From Octopus vulgaris (lineage: Eukaryota), in assembly GCA_951406725.2 (NCBI GenBank), contig OX597835.1, positions 32,736,001 through 32,800,000 on the forward strand: DNA of 64,000 nt, in the 5' to 3' direction. Below, one piece after another: positions 25,273 through 40,570 of the stretch. The stretch's first letter is position 1, and each line of letters begins with the position of its first letter. Position numbers and translations under genes: made by a program. Under the pieces are notes generated by a model. That model worked only from the letters and a program-made list of their open reading frames with translations, had not been told where the DNA came from and did not search any database.

Positions 25273-25489
25273 TCGCACTGACATACTATATATAAATATA
25301 TATATATATATATATGCGTATATATAAGTATATCTATGTTTGCTTTTATATATGTTCTATGTAGGTATGTGCATATACACACATACATTTTATGTATACA
25401 CACACACACAGATATATATATATATATATATATATATATCTTTATCCATATAGCCATAAATTTTCTTCTCCCACTATTTCCGACACGAT

Positions 25490-25745
25490 GGTGGGAGTAA
25501 AGTCCTCAGGCACCTCTTTAACTGGGTTCTATCGGAAGCAACAAATATTAGTTTTCCTGGCAAAATTCTCAAGCGTGACCAAACTGAGATTATGAATATT
25601 TTCCAACCATCTCGCACTTGGTCTACCTCCACATCTTCTAACTTATCGCTTTGGTTTGAAGAATTTGTCTTTCCGATCTCTAAGCTACGCATCCCGTTGA
25701 ACAACGTTGCTCCAGAGATCCTTCAGAGAAATTCTATTTCTTCCT
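25490..25745 (-). pseudogene. RTE-like LINE C-terminal fragment
   Basis: EIEFL*RISGATL..MRS..GRPSARWLENI..WSRLRI..VASDR across frameshifts. Confidence 0.55.
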
Positions 25746-25764
25746 TCAGTATCTATGCATACAA

Positions 25765-25817
<53 letters not shown>

Positions 25818-25821
<4 letters not shown>

Positions 25822-25896
25822 AGGGGGTGATGAAAAGTTCCTAGCTTTGGGTAAAAGAAATTACAGGTGAATCAGTTAATTATGATTTTATTTAAC
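25818..25896. mobile_element. Mariner-type terminal fragment
   Basis: TACAAGGGGGTGATGAAAAGTTCC resembles TA plus a mariner TIR; partner end not found. Confidence 0.4.
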
Positions 25897-26461
25897 AAAG
25901 GAGACGAAGATTTGAAATCCGAAAGGGGGCAACACTGTATAGATATGGTGATTTTTATACCTTTTTACCATAAGAACAAAATTTTCTCCCCTGGTATCTG
26001 CAGTGAATTTGCCTTTTAGCAGTGGAAAAATGCCATAAACATGTTTTAACTGACTTAAATAAAGGTTGCTTATACCCAAACACTGTTTGGCGCTCGCTGA
26101 TATTATGGCAATATAATACTACATATATATATATATATATATATATACATATGTACAAAATGGGACAAGAATGCAAAACATCCGGACAGTTAGGTGTTAC
26201 AAAAATGGGACAACAAAACATCCAGATAGACGATACAAAGAATATAAGGACGGGTCATTCGAAGTTTTCTTTCCTCAGTCGATACCAGGTTATCTTCGCA
26301 ATTTCGGCTAATTATACTCGAGATTGCTCCTATCAGGCCAGCCCCAAAGAAAAATCTAAGCTAAGAGCATTAGATTCCTTGGAAGAAAGTAGCGAATGTA
26401 CACAAAAACAAGGACGCAAAAAAACGGACAATGTTACACAAATACAATAAAAATAATAACA

Positions 26462-26510
<49 letters not shown>

Positions 26511-26727
26511 TACACATACACAAACACAGACACTGTATGCTCGAAATGAGGAGTAGATAGACTGCTGACAACTGATGAAAGGTTTTTTCTTTGTGTTTAC
26601 TTGTTTTGTGTTCTATTTCTTCATGTTGTCTACGCATTTCACTTGTTTTCCCCCCGTTTGTTTAGGTATTTCATGGTATTTGCACCGTTGGTGACGTCCT
26701 GTACCCAAATATACATGTATATGTATG

Positions 26728-26782
<55 letters not shown>

Positions 26783-26848
26783 GTGTGTATGTGTTAGTGT
26801 ATATATATATGTATATATATACATATATATATATATTATTAATTATTA

Positions 26849-26923
<75 letters not shown>

Positions 26924-27038
26924 GAGTGAGAGAGCAGTTCATGCCATCAAAGTGACACTGGGGTAAAATATACGAAGCCCAATATACCCATCATGACTAC
27001 CCGTCTGATAAGGGTACACCAGGCATATGCATCACAAC

Positions 27039-27040
<2 letters not shown>
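26924..27040 (-). mobile_element. ~115-bp insert in (TAA)n, probably the 3' end of a (TAA)n-associated LINE
   Basis: Unique sequence bounded on both sides by long (TTA)n; no ORF. Confidence 0.45.
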
Positions 27041-27119
<79 letters not shown>

Positions 27120-27987
27120 CATCATCATTATTATTATTATTATTATGATATACACGTACACGCACATGCATACATATATGAAAGAGTATAATCATGACTG
27201 CACGCTTCATATTAACTCTCAATGTCAAGACCTTCACTTCAGGGTTATCATTTCTCAGCTCGACTGAAAGAATTTCAATCAAACACCGTGAAATTATCAT
27301 ACGAGACCTCTTGGCCCACGAGATACAGGCATTCAAAGTGAGGTAAATCTGATCTTTGTCAGCGGATATGCTTCAATCGATTGGAAATATCTCTCGTATA
27401 CTTCATCCTGTACGATACCGCTTTACGGATTTACTATTATAACAATCGATAGAGGATTATAAAGGTTGTTTTCTTCAGTTTCTGAAAATTGCTTTTCACT
27501 TTCGTTTACATGTAATTATTCAAAATATTTTAGGCTGAATCGAAACTAAACATGGAATAGAAACTTATCAAAATTGATCACGTTAATACTTTCAAATGTT
27601 ACACTTTGTATCTATCCGATTGTCGGTTTACTGTTATACATTGATGCGTTCTATAAAGCGGCATAAAGCACAAACAACATCATCATCAAGAAGAAAAACC
27701 AAAATTGAAAACAAAAGATATGTAAATAATATAAAGCTATAAAACCAGTTGCAGTTGAAATGTCGTTCACCATGCAACAGGCAATTTAAATAAAGAGTCA
27801 GATGATAAACGAAATCTGAATATTTTTCAATATTGCGTTCAATATATGGATTCTCATATCAGTAGAGATATAAGGAGAAATATCTTTAACAAAATACATG
27901 TTGTGCTATCTGGCCTTTTTACTATTATATCTGAAATGCATAGATCTATGCATAAATATATTTTGAAGACACACACACACACACACG

Positions 27988-28047
<60 letters not shown>

Positions 28048-28356
28048 CACATATATATATACATATATGCATACGCATACGTACACACATATTCTTTTTA
28101 TTCTCTTGTTCTTTTACATGTTTCAGCCCTAAGGTTGTGGTCATGCTGGAGCACCGGGAGTGGTAGAACTGTCACATATATATATATGGATGTGTGGTAA
28201 GAGTTTTGCCTCCTAACAACATGGTTCCAGGTTCAGTCCCACTGTGTGGCACTATGGACATATGTCTTCTAATATAGCCTCGAGCCGACCAAAGGTTTCT
28301 GAGTGGATTTGGAAGATGGAATCTGAAAGAAGCCTACATACATCTTAAAGGTGCAT

Positions 28357-28410
<54 letters not shown>

Positions 28411-28934
28411 TTAATCATCGTTATATTTTTATCTTTTATTTAATCTTTCTATTATATGTAATTTTCTAGATGGTGTAATTTAATTTTTCATTTTGAAATG
28501 ATGAAAGGTGTTTTTTTTCTAATTTATATATATATATATATCTATGCGTATTTATATTTTTATTTAATCGGCAGAAATTACTAGCTCACTAATGTGCCGC
28601 AAGTTTCATCTAGTGCCATTTTGCGAATACATACGTGTCACATTATATGTACACATATATATTCATACACTCATATTTATGTACACGTATATACGTATAT
28701 ACATAGACACCGTAAATGCAAACGTATTAATTCAATTAAAGGTGATATTGTACAAAATTTCCTTTGTAGTAGATAGAAAAACGTGACTATCAATTTACAC
28801 CATTAGCTTTTATAGAGTTTTATCCTTTGATCATTGTCTCACTTGTAATGGAAACTTTACAATTTGGCTGCAGATATGCTAATATCACAGATCTAAACGT
28901 AGATGATATATATGCCAAGATATCCCTTATATAT

Positions 28935-29158
28935 ATTTCTTTATTGCCCACAAGGGGCTAAACATAGACGGGACAAACAAGGACAGACAAAGGGATTAAG
29001 TCGATTACATCGACCCCAGTGCGTAACTGGTACTTTATTTATCGACGCCGAGAGGATGAAAGGTAAAGTAAACCTCGGCGGAATTTGAACTCAGAACGTA
29101 ACGACAGACGAAATACCGCTAAGTATTTCGCCCGGCGTGCTAACGTTTCTGCCAGCTC
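28935..29158 (-). mobile_element. SINE family A monomer
   Basis: Complete head, core and tail ending GCCCCTTGTGGGCAATAAAGAAA. Confidence 0.85.
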
Positions 29159-29779
29159 TTGATGGGGCCTAAAAGCTCGGACGTTTCTGACGTTCGTCTG
29201 CGCTGTAACGATGAAGCTGTAATCAGTATTTTTATAACATCATATATATTTGGAAACCCGTCATCTAAATTTCATTTTATGTAATTATGAATACACAAGG
29301 CTGACGATCTAACACTCTCTTGCAATAAAATATAAGAGCAACTTAAAAGTTTTGATTAAACAATGGATCTTTTCGGTTTGAACGGCAGTTTTTAACATAA
29401 TTTCTAGGTAACTAAAAGATTTTAAGCCTCGTATACTGGTAGAATCTGTTTATAAAACATCCTTTTCTCTTGGCTTTATTGAGAAAATTCTATAGTTTCT
29501 AGTATATTTGTTGTTTTTTTCTTCAATTTCTGCAATTTCAACCAATCACTGACGTCTATTGAGGTAAAAAAACATTCTGTGCCGTATGAATATCTCCCTC
29601 GTTTAAGAAACAGATTGGGTTTATTTACATTTGTGAAGAAAAAAAGATACCCTTCCACCCACCTCTAACCCTAACCTAAAAAATTACTATAACATTGATC
29701 GTAGCGCAGTCAATTTTTTAGAGATTATTACGAATTAAATTTGACTCGCAGACCTTATGAAAAATCAAATGAAATTCTA

Positions 29780-30773
29780 CATCACCTTCACATTGTCTTT
29801 AAACACTCAGGAAATATTGTGAAATACTTTCCCAGAAACATTGGTTAAAGGATATCCAAAATATCCTCCAATAAACAGTCTTCTAACCGTGTTGTTGCCT
29901 ATTATAATGTGACTCTGAACAGAAGCAGCTTAAACGACAAGATCCAGGATATCCTCCGACATAGATTGTCTAATTCTAGAAATACCAGAAAAAGGAAATT
30001 TATATATTATAGAGCTGCTTTAAGTTTGAATGTCCTTGCCAAGAACCACTTCCCTAATGGTCATAAGTGCCACAAATTTTTTAACAGATGCAACCTGAAG
30101 GAAGTTAGACTTGCATGGATAATTCTGCCGTTTTTTTAAAAATCTAGAATTGATAGAAAGAAATTAGCTACTTCTCACAAACATAATTACTCCCCTAACT
30201 GCAAATTTCTTAACATGTATACATACCATCTATATGTTAAATGTCTTTGGAAAAATTTCGGTTACTGTAAGAAGGTCTCCACCAATTATAATAACAACAA
30301 TGACGTAAATTACTATCCAGGATTAAATTGAGAACTCAAACAACTGCAGTTGCATTCAGTATACGCATGCGCTTAGACATGAAGAAGAAGGATCAGCAAC
30401 AACAGTTTTGAAATACATCAGTTTGAATGTTAGATCTAATGTCAGTCTCTTTCTAAATCTTGCCAAGAGCCACTTCCCTAATGGTCACAAGTGCAACAAA
30501 ATTTTTAACAGATGTAACCTGAAGGAAGTTAAAACTGCATGGATAAGTCTGCCGTTTCCAGTAACAGCAGTTTTGAAAGGCATTTCCAACAACAAAATTC
30601 AATCATCAAATTTCCTCCTGCTACATCAATCCAAGTGCTGTTCCTGCTTGTCTGTAAAATTCAAAATCCTTACACAACCTCTTAATTCACTAAGTACTAA
30701 ATCAGAGTTGATTTCTTTACGTTCCAACCCTAGAAAATTTATCTTACAAAACTTAAAACTACCAACTTCTTGA
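29780..30773 (+). pseudogene. Decayed PLE 3' region (RT thumb/linker, duplicated, plus GIY-YIG tail)
   Basis: FPRNIG*RISKISSN..YYNVTL..RKRKFIYY..LAKNHFPNGHKCHKFFNR (repeated at ~30460) and ..KSELISLRSNPRKFILQN. Confidence 0.65.
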
Positions 30774-30919
30774 TGTTGTACAGCGTTATTTTATCCTTCT
30801 CTCATATACAATTACGTCTCTTTGATTATAATTATCTAATCTAACGCTAGCCTCTGTAATGTACAAATGTCCCTCATAACTTCATTCTTAGATACACAGT
30901 AAATACACCCCATGCAATT

Positions 30920-30976
<57 letters not shown>

Positions 30977-31074
30977 TTGCCGTTTCTTAAGAAAATGGTA
31001 TATAAAATGGTATATGTATCCTCAATGTACTTTTATATACATACATAGATACATACATGCATACATACATATAT

Positions 31075-31121
<47 letters not shown>

Positions 31122-31143
31122 ATGCAGTTATGTATGTATATGT

Positions 31144-31177
<34 letters not shown>

Positions 31178-32104
31178 GTGTGTGTATATTTATACACACA
31201 CACACGCATATATATATATATACATATATATATACAATTCCTTTTTGCACAAGTCCCAATTTATCTAACTACTTCGTAATCGCGTACACACACAGAAACA
31301 CACACACATACGCACACGCACGCACACACACACACATATAGATATGTATACAAATATACAGGCATATACACCTAACACTCATTACTTTCTGACATGACAA
31401 ATTGCGTTAATCAATTTTAACTTTCATGTTTCCTGGGCAGATACGCTAAATGATTAACAGCTCCATCATCTTACTCTCCTTATTACACAACATCACACCT
31501 CCTGCACAAAATACATTACTACCATTATTATCGGAAACACTAGGCATGACAGATTCATGATCAACGTCTTTGACTTACAAAAGTCGTTTTATTTTTTTTT
31601 TACCGCATCCATCACGATTTGTGGCTTATCAATAATGTAGAAGTGAATTTTAAAATTGTGGACTTGTCAAGACATCAGGGTGCCAGCGTGTATTAGGAAT
31701 TATCTCTGAGAATATTTAGTTCAATAGAATCTAGACTATGCGCACACGCATGCGTGAAAAACAGTCCCCAAACACATGTGCTCTCTCTTTATACACACAC
31801 ATGCGCACACACGCACACACATTTACGCACACATGCACATACACATACACACCCGCACACACCCGCAGTTACATATACGTATACATATACATATGTAATA
31901 TATATCTATCGGTACGTACACATATATTAATGCATGTTTACATACATACATAAATACACACACAAATGTATGATACCTATACTATTTACATGCATATATT
32001 TACGTATATATATATATGCACACACAGATATACATACACACAGACAGGCACACACACATACACACACACATATATATACACATATATACATATATATGTA
32101 TATA

Positions 32105-32265
32105 GCCGAAGGAGTGGCTGCGTAGTAAGTAGCTTGCTTACCAACCACATGGTTCTGGGTTCAGGACCACTGCGTGGTACCTTGGGCAAGTGTCTTCTAC
32201 TATAGCCTCGGGCCGACTAAAGCCTTGTGAGTGTATTTGGTAGACGAAAACTGAAAGAAGCCCCT
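32105..32265 (+). mobile_element. SINE family B 5' half
   Basis: GGAGTGGCTG..ACCTTGGGCAAGTGTCTTCT..GAAAGAAGCCC. Confidence 0.75.
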
Positions 32266-32910
32266 GGTATATATATATACGTGTGTGTGTATGTATGTAT
32301 GTATGGATGGTTGTATGGATGGATGGATGGATGGATGGATGCATGGATGGATGCATGCATGGATGCATGCACGTACGTATGTCAAGCCACTGGTAACATG
32401 TAACCCAGTATAACAGGTTGCATTATTGGAGCGTCGTTGGCAAAAAAACCCAGACAACCCTTATCTAGTATATTTGGTAAGCGGGGCAGTTTTCGTTGGA
32501 CAAACTCCAGGATCAAAAACAAGACATGTCAAAGGACGAATGAGTTCCGTAGAATCAATGACCACCCAAAAGCTGGGGTGAGAAATCCATTAGATTTTGT
32601 TTAGACATCTCTGTGGGAGATTCTGAAATTCTGAAACAACACCCGCCTCGTTCTGAATCTAAAGATTCTGGTCTTGCTCCTTCCTGGCTACGTGGCTTCG
32701 TAGGTATTGTCTAAGGTGTTATTGCTTTTAAATTTTGGCACTGGCATTGCTGACAGCAATTGTATTAAAAGCTAGGTTAAGGTAATTTGTCAAGGATGTT
32801 CATATATCTGTGTATGTGTATAATTTGTATGTATGCACACAAACATATACACAACACAGACACACACAGACACACATACAGAGATACACACACATGTATC
32901 TCTTTCTCCC

Positions 32911-32965
<55 letters not shown>

Positions 32966-33033
32966 ATATATATATATACATACATAAAAGCAATCATATA
33001 TACATACATACATACATGCATACATATATATCT

Positions 33034-33064
<31 letters not shown>

Positions 33065-33070
33065 TATATA

Positions 33071-33467
33071 CTAGCAGTATCGCCCGGCGTTGCTCGGGTT
33101 TGTAAGGGAAATAACTATACAAGCATTTTTAAAGATGTAAAGTATAATAGCCATCTCCATATGGCTAACCACAAAGGGGTGGTGGTGTTACTGTAGCTTT
33201 TTACGTTCTGAGATTTAATAATAAATTTTTAGAGAGTTATTTCCCTTATATATGCCAAATATGCATTAAAAATGGGAAAAATTGATGGTAAATTTTTTTA
33301 AATCGTAGACTCATCGTAGACGCGCGCTAATACCCAGAAGAGCTCGATATGAATCACGACTATAAGATACCCGGTTTTGGTTAAACTGCACCGCAAAATG
33401 TGGGAGTAGTTAGGAACCTAAATCGTAGGAGACAGATAGCACACAACCTCACTTTTAAATATAAAGA
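33071..33467 (-). mobile_element. Non-autonomous Helitron
   Basis: Same termini as 6129-6524 (TC...hairpin CTAG, A|T target); different internal segment. Confidence 0.8.
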
Positions 33468-34640
33468 TGTATGCATGTATCAAATGCATGTTTGTATGTA
33501 TGCGTGCACATATGTATACGTATATTTTTATATTTTTATATTTTATACAAATTACTTGAGGTTCTAAATGTTCTCTATTCAATTTGCATATATCTAAAAC
33601 CCATGGTTAATGGATTCAAATATAGGAAGACTCATACATTGATGGCACCTATTGAAACGGGAACGCGTGTCCACATTGTCCTTTTTGTTACTGAATTAAA
33701 AATAAAATCAGACCGCCTTTTTGTCTTGATATCATGCCATTTCTAAGAAGCTTTAGTATTGTGATTATCATACTATCTCAGTTGTAATCGTTGCCAGCAG
33801 GCCTTTGTTTAATTTCTCTCAAAGCGTAGAATTTTTCAATAAATCAAGAATTTATGTTGTATTTTATATATCTTTATTCATCTTTGTAGTTTTGCATTGT
33901 CGTATTTCGAACATTGTACGGCAAGTAACAATGGCAGTAAAAACGGTGATGGTGGCATCGCTGGTGCTTTTGGTAACAGTTGCAGCGGTATTAGTGATAT
34001 TGTTAACTGTTGGTGTTTCTTGTGATAGTGATGTTTGGTCTTAGTTTCATAAGTGTTTCAACTTCTCCACTGATCGATACACACACTTAAACACAAGGAA
34101 AATGGTCTTTACTGATAACTGCCAAACCATTAGCAATTACAAAAGAGAATATTCTAAGTTGTATCTCACAGCTTTATTGATCTTTGGTGACTGTCGCTGT
34201 GGTGATTGAAACGATGTGTGTGGTGTGTGGTAGCAGTGATCAACCGTGCTTAAAACTTGAACATTCACTGATATTCCCAGAAGTATAAGTTTGTGCGAAA
34301 GACCAATATACTTCGTCTTTCTCGTTCAATTTCATCAAAGCAAATTGTTTAAAATAAAGATCATTAAACTATTTAGCTGCGCGTTTCAATCGTTCTTTAT
34401 GTTTCGGAATTATTCTGACAATTGTTCTGTTGCAATATTCATGTAGCTGATAGTACGTCCACAGTCGCCTGCCAGGCTTTCGCTTATACCCTCACTTCCA
34501 CCCACACATCAAACCAAGACTAACAATGGCTATGAAGATCTTAATTTGCAGGAATGAAAGAAACTAAGAAGATGATATTATATTGAATTTTATTGTTGTA
34601 AAGGAGAAACTTCAAAGATTAATAAACTTTTGTGTAAATA

Positions 34641-34805
34641 GGTGCAGGAGTGGCTGCATGTTAAGTAGCTTGTTTACCAACCACATGGTTCCGGGTTCAG
34701 TCCCACTGCGTGGCACCTTGGGCAAGTGTCTTCTACTATAGCCTCGGGCCGACCAAAGCCTTGTGAGTGGATTTGGTAGACGGAAACTGAAAGAAGCCCG
34801 TCGTA

Positions 34806-34836
<31 letters not shown>

Positions 34837-35076
34837 ATATGTGTGTGTGTGTGTGTGCGTGTGTGTTTGTGTGTCTGTGTTTGTCCCCCTAGTATTGCTT
34901 GACAACCGATGCTGGTGTGTTTATGTCCCCGTAACTTAGCAGTTCGGCAAAAGAGACCGATAAAATTAGTACTGGGCTTACATAGAATAAGCCCCGGGGT
35001 CGTGTTGCTCGACTAAAGGCGGTGCTCCAGCATGGCCGCAGTCAACTGACTGAAACATGTAAGAGTAAAAGAGAAT
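34641..35076 (+). mobile_element. SINE family B, full length
   Basis: Cleanest copy of the family B consensus. Confidence 0.9.
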
Positions 35077-35734
35077 ATCCCTGTATGTTGGGGTACATTG
35101 TTTCGCAACTGTGAGGTTGTTTGTTCGATCACAATGTGCATCCTCTCGGGAAAGGACTTGCCGACAAAATATTCTGTCCGCCCAAGAACTTGTGAGACAG
35201 TAAAAGTATGGAAACTCACCCAAGGAGAGTTCGTTTCTTTGGATATCTAACTTAATTCCTCACCTATGTAAACATCATCGGGTAGCCATGGGTACCTTTA
35301 GTGGAATCCCATCTATTGCAAATACTGGGACATTATTCCTCCATTTGGTTTTGGAGGAATGCAGAAAGGTCATGAATTCTTTCTATTCTCTTCGGCCATT
35401 TAAATGGAATCGTTAATATTCTTGTTCTGAAAATCTCAGTCTTAACCGACTTTTAAGTCTGGTCGAAGCAAATTACTTATTGATTTTAATTATATCACAA
35501 TTGATACATGAGTGCATTGTTACATACAATTTTCTACCGAATCACATGCTCAGATGCTGATTTACCACATTTCTGACAGTAAGAGTTGTCAAGAGAGTCT
35601 ATATAAATAAGCAGTGAACAATTATAACAAGGAATTTATTCACAAAACAGAAGTTGTTAGGTTTTCTCGTTGATGTGTACACCCTTCATGCATAAAATAC
35701 ACAGATATACACTCGCGTAAACACACACACACTC

Positions 35735-35806
<72 letters not shown>

Positions 35807-35875
35807 GTGTGTATATTTATGTGTGGGTTTCTATCTACATACCTCTTACCGATCTTATACATACCTCTCTATCTA

Positions 35876-36053
35876 TTTCGTTACTGCCCACAAGGGGCTA
35901 AACACAGAGAGGACAAACACGGACAGACAAAGGGGTTAATTCGATTATGTGCGTTACTGGTCCTTAATTTATCGACCCCGAAAGGATGAAAGGCAAAGTC
36001 GACCTCGGCGGAATTTGAACTCAGAATGCAACGGCAGACCAAATACGGCTACG
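35876..36053 (-). mobile_element. SINE family A, 5'-truncated
   Basis: Core and tail match 28935-29158. Confidence 0.75.
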
Positions 36054-36054
36054 C

Positions 36055-36816
<762 letters not shown>

Positions 36817-36826
36817 ATATCTATCC

Positions 36827-36860
<34 letters not shown>

Positions 36861-37801
36861 AGAAGCTGGCAACTTTGAGGGGCATCCCGCGAAAACTGGG
36901 ATGCGGGACGAGCGTGTCTGCATACGCGGACGACGTCACCGTCATAGTGTCTAGCCACGAGCACATCGAGCAGGTCGGCGAGACACTGAAAAACTACGAA
37001 GCGGTGACAGGAGCGAAAATCAACCGGGAAAAGTCAGTGGGCTTGCGACTAGGCACCTGGAGAAGCAAGCCCATTCCGTTCACCAGCGCCTCCGTCGTGG
37101 GACGCTGGACCGACGGCCCGGTTGAGTTGCTCGGGGTCTGGTTTGGTCCGGACCTCCAAGTGGAGAAGAACTGGAACGAGATAACGAGTAGGGTGGTCAC
37201 TCTCGCCCGGCAATGGGCCGAGAGGAAACTGTCCCTAAAAAGTCGGGCGGAGGTGGCGAACACGTACATCGCGTCCGTCATCTACTACCGCCTGACCGTC
37301 GTACCTTGTCCCGACCCTACCATCACCAAACTAGAACGCATTCTCTTTCGCTTCTTGTGGAAAGGATGCGTCCCGATGGTCAGGCGATCCATTTACTGTC
37401 AACACCCGTTAAAAGGAGGGCTGGGCATGTCGTGGTTGATGATGCGCAGACACGCGCTGAGACTGCGACATATCTGGCTCTATGTAGACGACGGTGAACA
37501 GGTGTGGTCGCCGTTTGTGAGGCACGCTTTCCCGCAGCTCGTCTCCATGACCGAACTGCAGTCGTGGATCAAAAAGAGGCCGAGGAAGGGTGAATGGCAC
37601 CGCGAGTGTCGCGTTGCTCTCAAGCAACTCTGCCGTCCCGGGTCGACCTTGAGTGACTTCAACACAACCAAAGCATTCTATAGGGGATTAGTGGAGGGGA
37701 GGTACGACGACGATCTCGGGGCGAACCTGGACGTCGACGAGGAATACGTGACCCGCCTGTTCAGGACGACTTTCGGGCCAGGGCCCATGGACAACTTCCA
37801 G
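36861..37801 (+). mobile_element. Tx1/L1-like LINE internal RT fragment
   Basis: VSAYADDVTV..GAKINREKS..LLGVWF..GGLG; starts immediately after (TATC)n, ends abruptly in degenerate TA/TG repeat. Confidence 0.9.
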
Positions 37802-38327
37802 TATATGCATGTATATGTGTGTGTATATATATGTGCGAGTGTGTATACATATATGTATGTGTATGTATATGTGTATATATATATGTATATATATGTATGG
37901 GTTTGTATGTGTATGTATGTATATATATGTGTATATGGGTGTGTGTGTATATATGTATATATATATATATATGTGTATGTATATATATATATATATATAT
38001 ATACATATATATGGATATGTGAGCGTGTGTGTATGGGGGTGTATATCCCCTCTTATTTATATATTTATATATATATGTGTGTAGACCTATATAAGTGTAT
38101 GTATGAGTATGGGTATGGGCGTGTACGTAGATACGTGTATATGGGTACATATGTACAGGTGTATATGGGTGTATGTGTGTATGTGTACGTATGTGTATGT
38201 TTATATATGTATATGTCTATGTATGCATATATGTGTGTATATGTATGTATGTATATGTACACATATGTGTATATATGTGTGTGTATATGGTCATGTGTGT
38301 GCATATGTGTATGTATGTGTGTATATA

Positions 38328-38381
<54 letters not shown>

Positions 38382-38643
38382 TATGTGGGTGTATACACAT
38401 ATATATATATGTATATGTATAAGTGAGAGTCTCCTTATTTACCTAAAACTCTATTTTTCTATTTATTCTTTTATTCTTTTATTTATTCTTTTATTTATTC
38501 TTTTATCTACTTTACCACCGATTCCTTTGACCACTCCCCTAAGGAATGATAGTTTTGCGCCATGCCTACCCCCAAAAAGTCCCCCACCACCACCCCTTTA
38601 AACCTGCCTAAATGTATAAATGCCAAAATAACTCTTGTCAACT

Positions 38644-38694
38644 AGCTTCCTGATGATTTCTTTTGAATGAAACAGTTCTAGTCCTGTAGAAGCT
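38644..38694 (+). ncRNA. Type I hammerhead ribozyme in a short pLTR (element ~38641-38777 ending in (TA)n)
   Basis: Stem I AGCTTC/GAAGCT; CTGATGA (38650-38656); stem II TTC-TTTT-GAA; GAAAC; stem III ACAG/CTGT; cleavage GTA (38686-38688). Confidence 0.75.
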
Positions 38695-38774
38695 CCTTCT
38701 ATATAATAAATTAATTTACTCTGCTATGTATTGAGTACCTTATTTACTGTGGTTAACCCCGACTCAACCCGGGA

Positions 38775-38828
<54 letters not shown>

Positions 38829-38997
38829 AATTGAGATAGGGGTTGTAAATGCAACCCTCCATGGGATAACATATATCCAATATACTGCTAGTGAAGTACC
38901 CAACAAAGTTAATACAGAAATGTTAAGGATTGCGATGCAATCAATTCATTTACTGTATTATATGGGCAAAGGTAAAATGATTTACCACAAATTACTA

Positions 38998-39159
38998 ATA
39001 CAAGATAAGAAAATGGAGAAATACAACTAAATCAAATATTAATTACCAGATAATACTTTATTAAACCACCACGTGGTCGTTTAATAAAGTATGTGACTGA
39101 GTATTATCTGGTAATTGATATTTGATTTAGATGTATTTCTCCATATTCTTATCTTGTAT
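38998..39159. repeat. ~160-bp fold-back ending in (TA)n
   Basis: TACAAGATAAGAAAATGGAGAAATAC..CCAGATAATACT mirrored by AGTATTATCTGG..GTATTTCTCCATATTCTTATCTTGTA; inner hairpin ACTTTATTAAAC/GTTTAATAAAGT. Confidence 0.85.
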
Positions 39160-39762
39160 ATATATATATATACTAACATTAAATGTAGAAACCGATACTT
39201 GATGTAAAGTCAAATATGTGTGTATGAATGTGTGTGCGAGTGTGTGTATAAATTATATACAATATATTCCGTAAACACATAAACACACACGCACATACAC
39301 ACACACACACATAGTCACGCTGTTAAAATATAACCTGTGAATAAATTACAGGAATTTAGGTTGTTGAGAATAAAGATCATGCGACTGGTTTTGTTTTTTG
39401 AAAGACTTCACAGAGAAAGCAACGCTCACATCCGTACTTCCCGGAGTACAAAGAATATCGCTTCTTATGAAGAACGTAAACAATCTATAATTGGTGTAAA
39501 GTCGTTTACAAAGTGATAAATTTCATTATGGAATTGTGATTGTATGAGTTAGAATTTGTTATTTATTTGTTGCGAATGAGTGGCACTGTGGTTAAGAAAA
39601 GTGATTGGGTTCAGTCGCACTGGTTGTCCTCTCGGGGGAAAATGTCTTCTACTATAGTCTCAGCCTAACTAATACCTTGTGAGGGTATTTGGTAGTTTGG
39701 TAGATGGAAGCTGTGCGGAAGCACTTCAAGTACACACACACACATACGCGCACACACGCACG

Positions 39763-39799
<37 letters not shown>

Positions 39800-39817
39800 A
39801 AACACATACACACACAT

Positions 39818-39974
39818 ACTTCTTTCAGTTTCCGTCTACCAAATCCACTCACAAGGCTTTAGTCGGACCGAGGCTATCGTAGGAGACACCTTGTCAATGT
39901 GCCACGCAGTGGGACTGAACCCGGAACCATGTGGTTGGTAAGCAAGCTACTTACAACACAGCCACTCCTGCGCC
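39818..39974 (-). mobile_element. SINE family B 5' half
   Basis: Reverse complement head; a decayed plus-strand head lies at ~39577-39725 across a (CA)n tract. Confidence 0.75.
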
Positions 39975-39979
39975 TACTA

Positions 39980-40017
<38 letters not shown>

Positions 40018-40029
40018 ATCGTTATTATT

Positions 40030-40134
<105 letters not shown>

Positions 40135-40499
40135 TGTTGTTGTTGTAGTATGAAAAAATAAATCGTATGGTATGCACCTAGTAAGCCAAGTTCGCATCTT
40201 GACAAACGGATAATCCTCAACCAGTTATCCTACCTATGAGGAATCGATACTAGATGGGTGAAAACAACTGTAGTGATCGAAAGAGGCTATACGCAATATG
40301 AAGCCAAATAGTAAATATTCAGTTGTGTCTAAGGGTGCAGGGTAACACCTATATTGCTAGAAATAAGAGTCAAAGACCCTTAGAGCCGCAAAGGATCTTA
40401 TGTCTATGCACTGAGTGGGCAGATAACCGCCGCACAGCGAGTGAGATCACCATACTAACCTAATTTTGGTTCTGTAGTGATGCTATTTTGGAAGTTTTC

Positions 40500-40570
40500 A
40501 GCGCGCATGCGCAGAGTTGGATTACGTCCTGTAGGCCGCCGGAAGTTCCCACATGCGCATGCGCAGATAA
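40500..40570. promoter_or_regulatory. Candidate promoter motif cluster (NRF1-like x2, ETS-like x1)
   Basis: GCGCATGCGC (40503-40512), CCGGAAGT (40539-40546), TGCGCATGCGCA (40554-40565) in a locally CpG-rich, non-repetitive patch. Confidence 0.45.

Noticed and set aside
26245-26290. Minus-strand CTGAGGA..CGAAT hammerhead-like motif
   Set aside because: GAAA box is broken and stems I and III are unconvincing
29660-29680. CTAACCCTAACC as telomeric sequence
   Set aside because: Only about two units, embedded in what looks like a dispersed repeat
36875-38380. 501-aa ORF as an intact gene
   Set aside because: Only the first ~310 aa are LINE RT; the rest is read-through into degenerate TA/TG microsatellite
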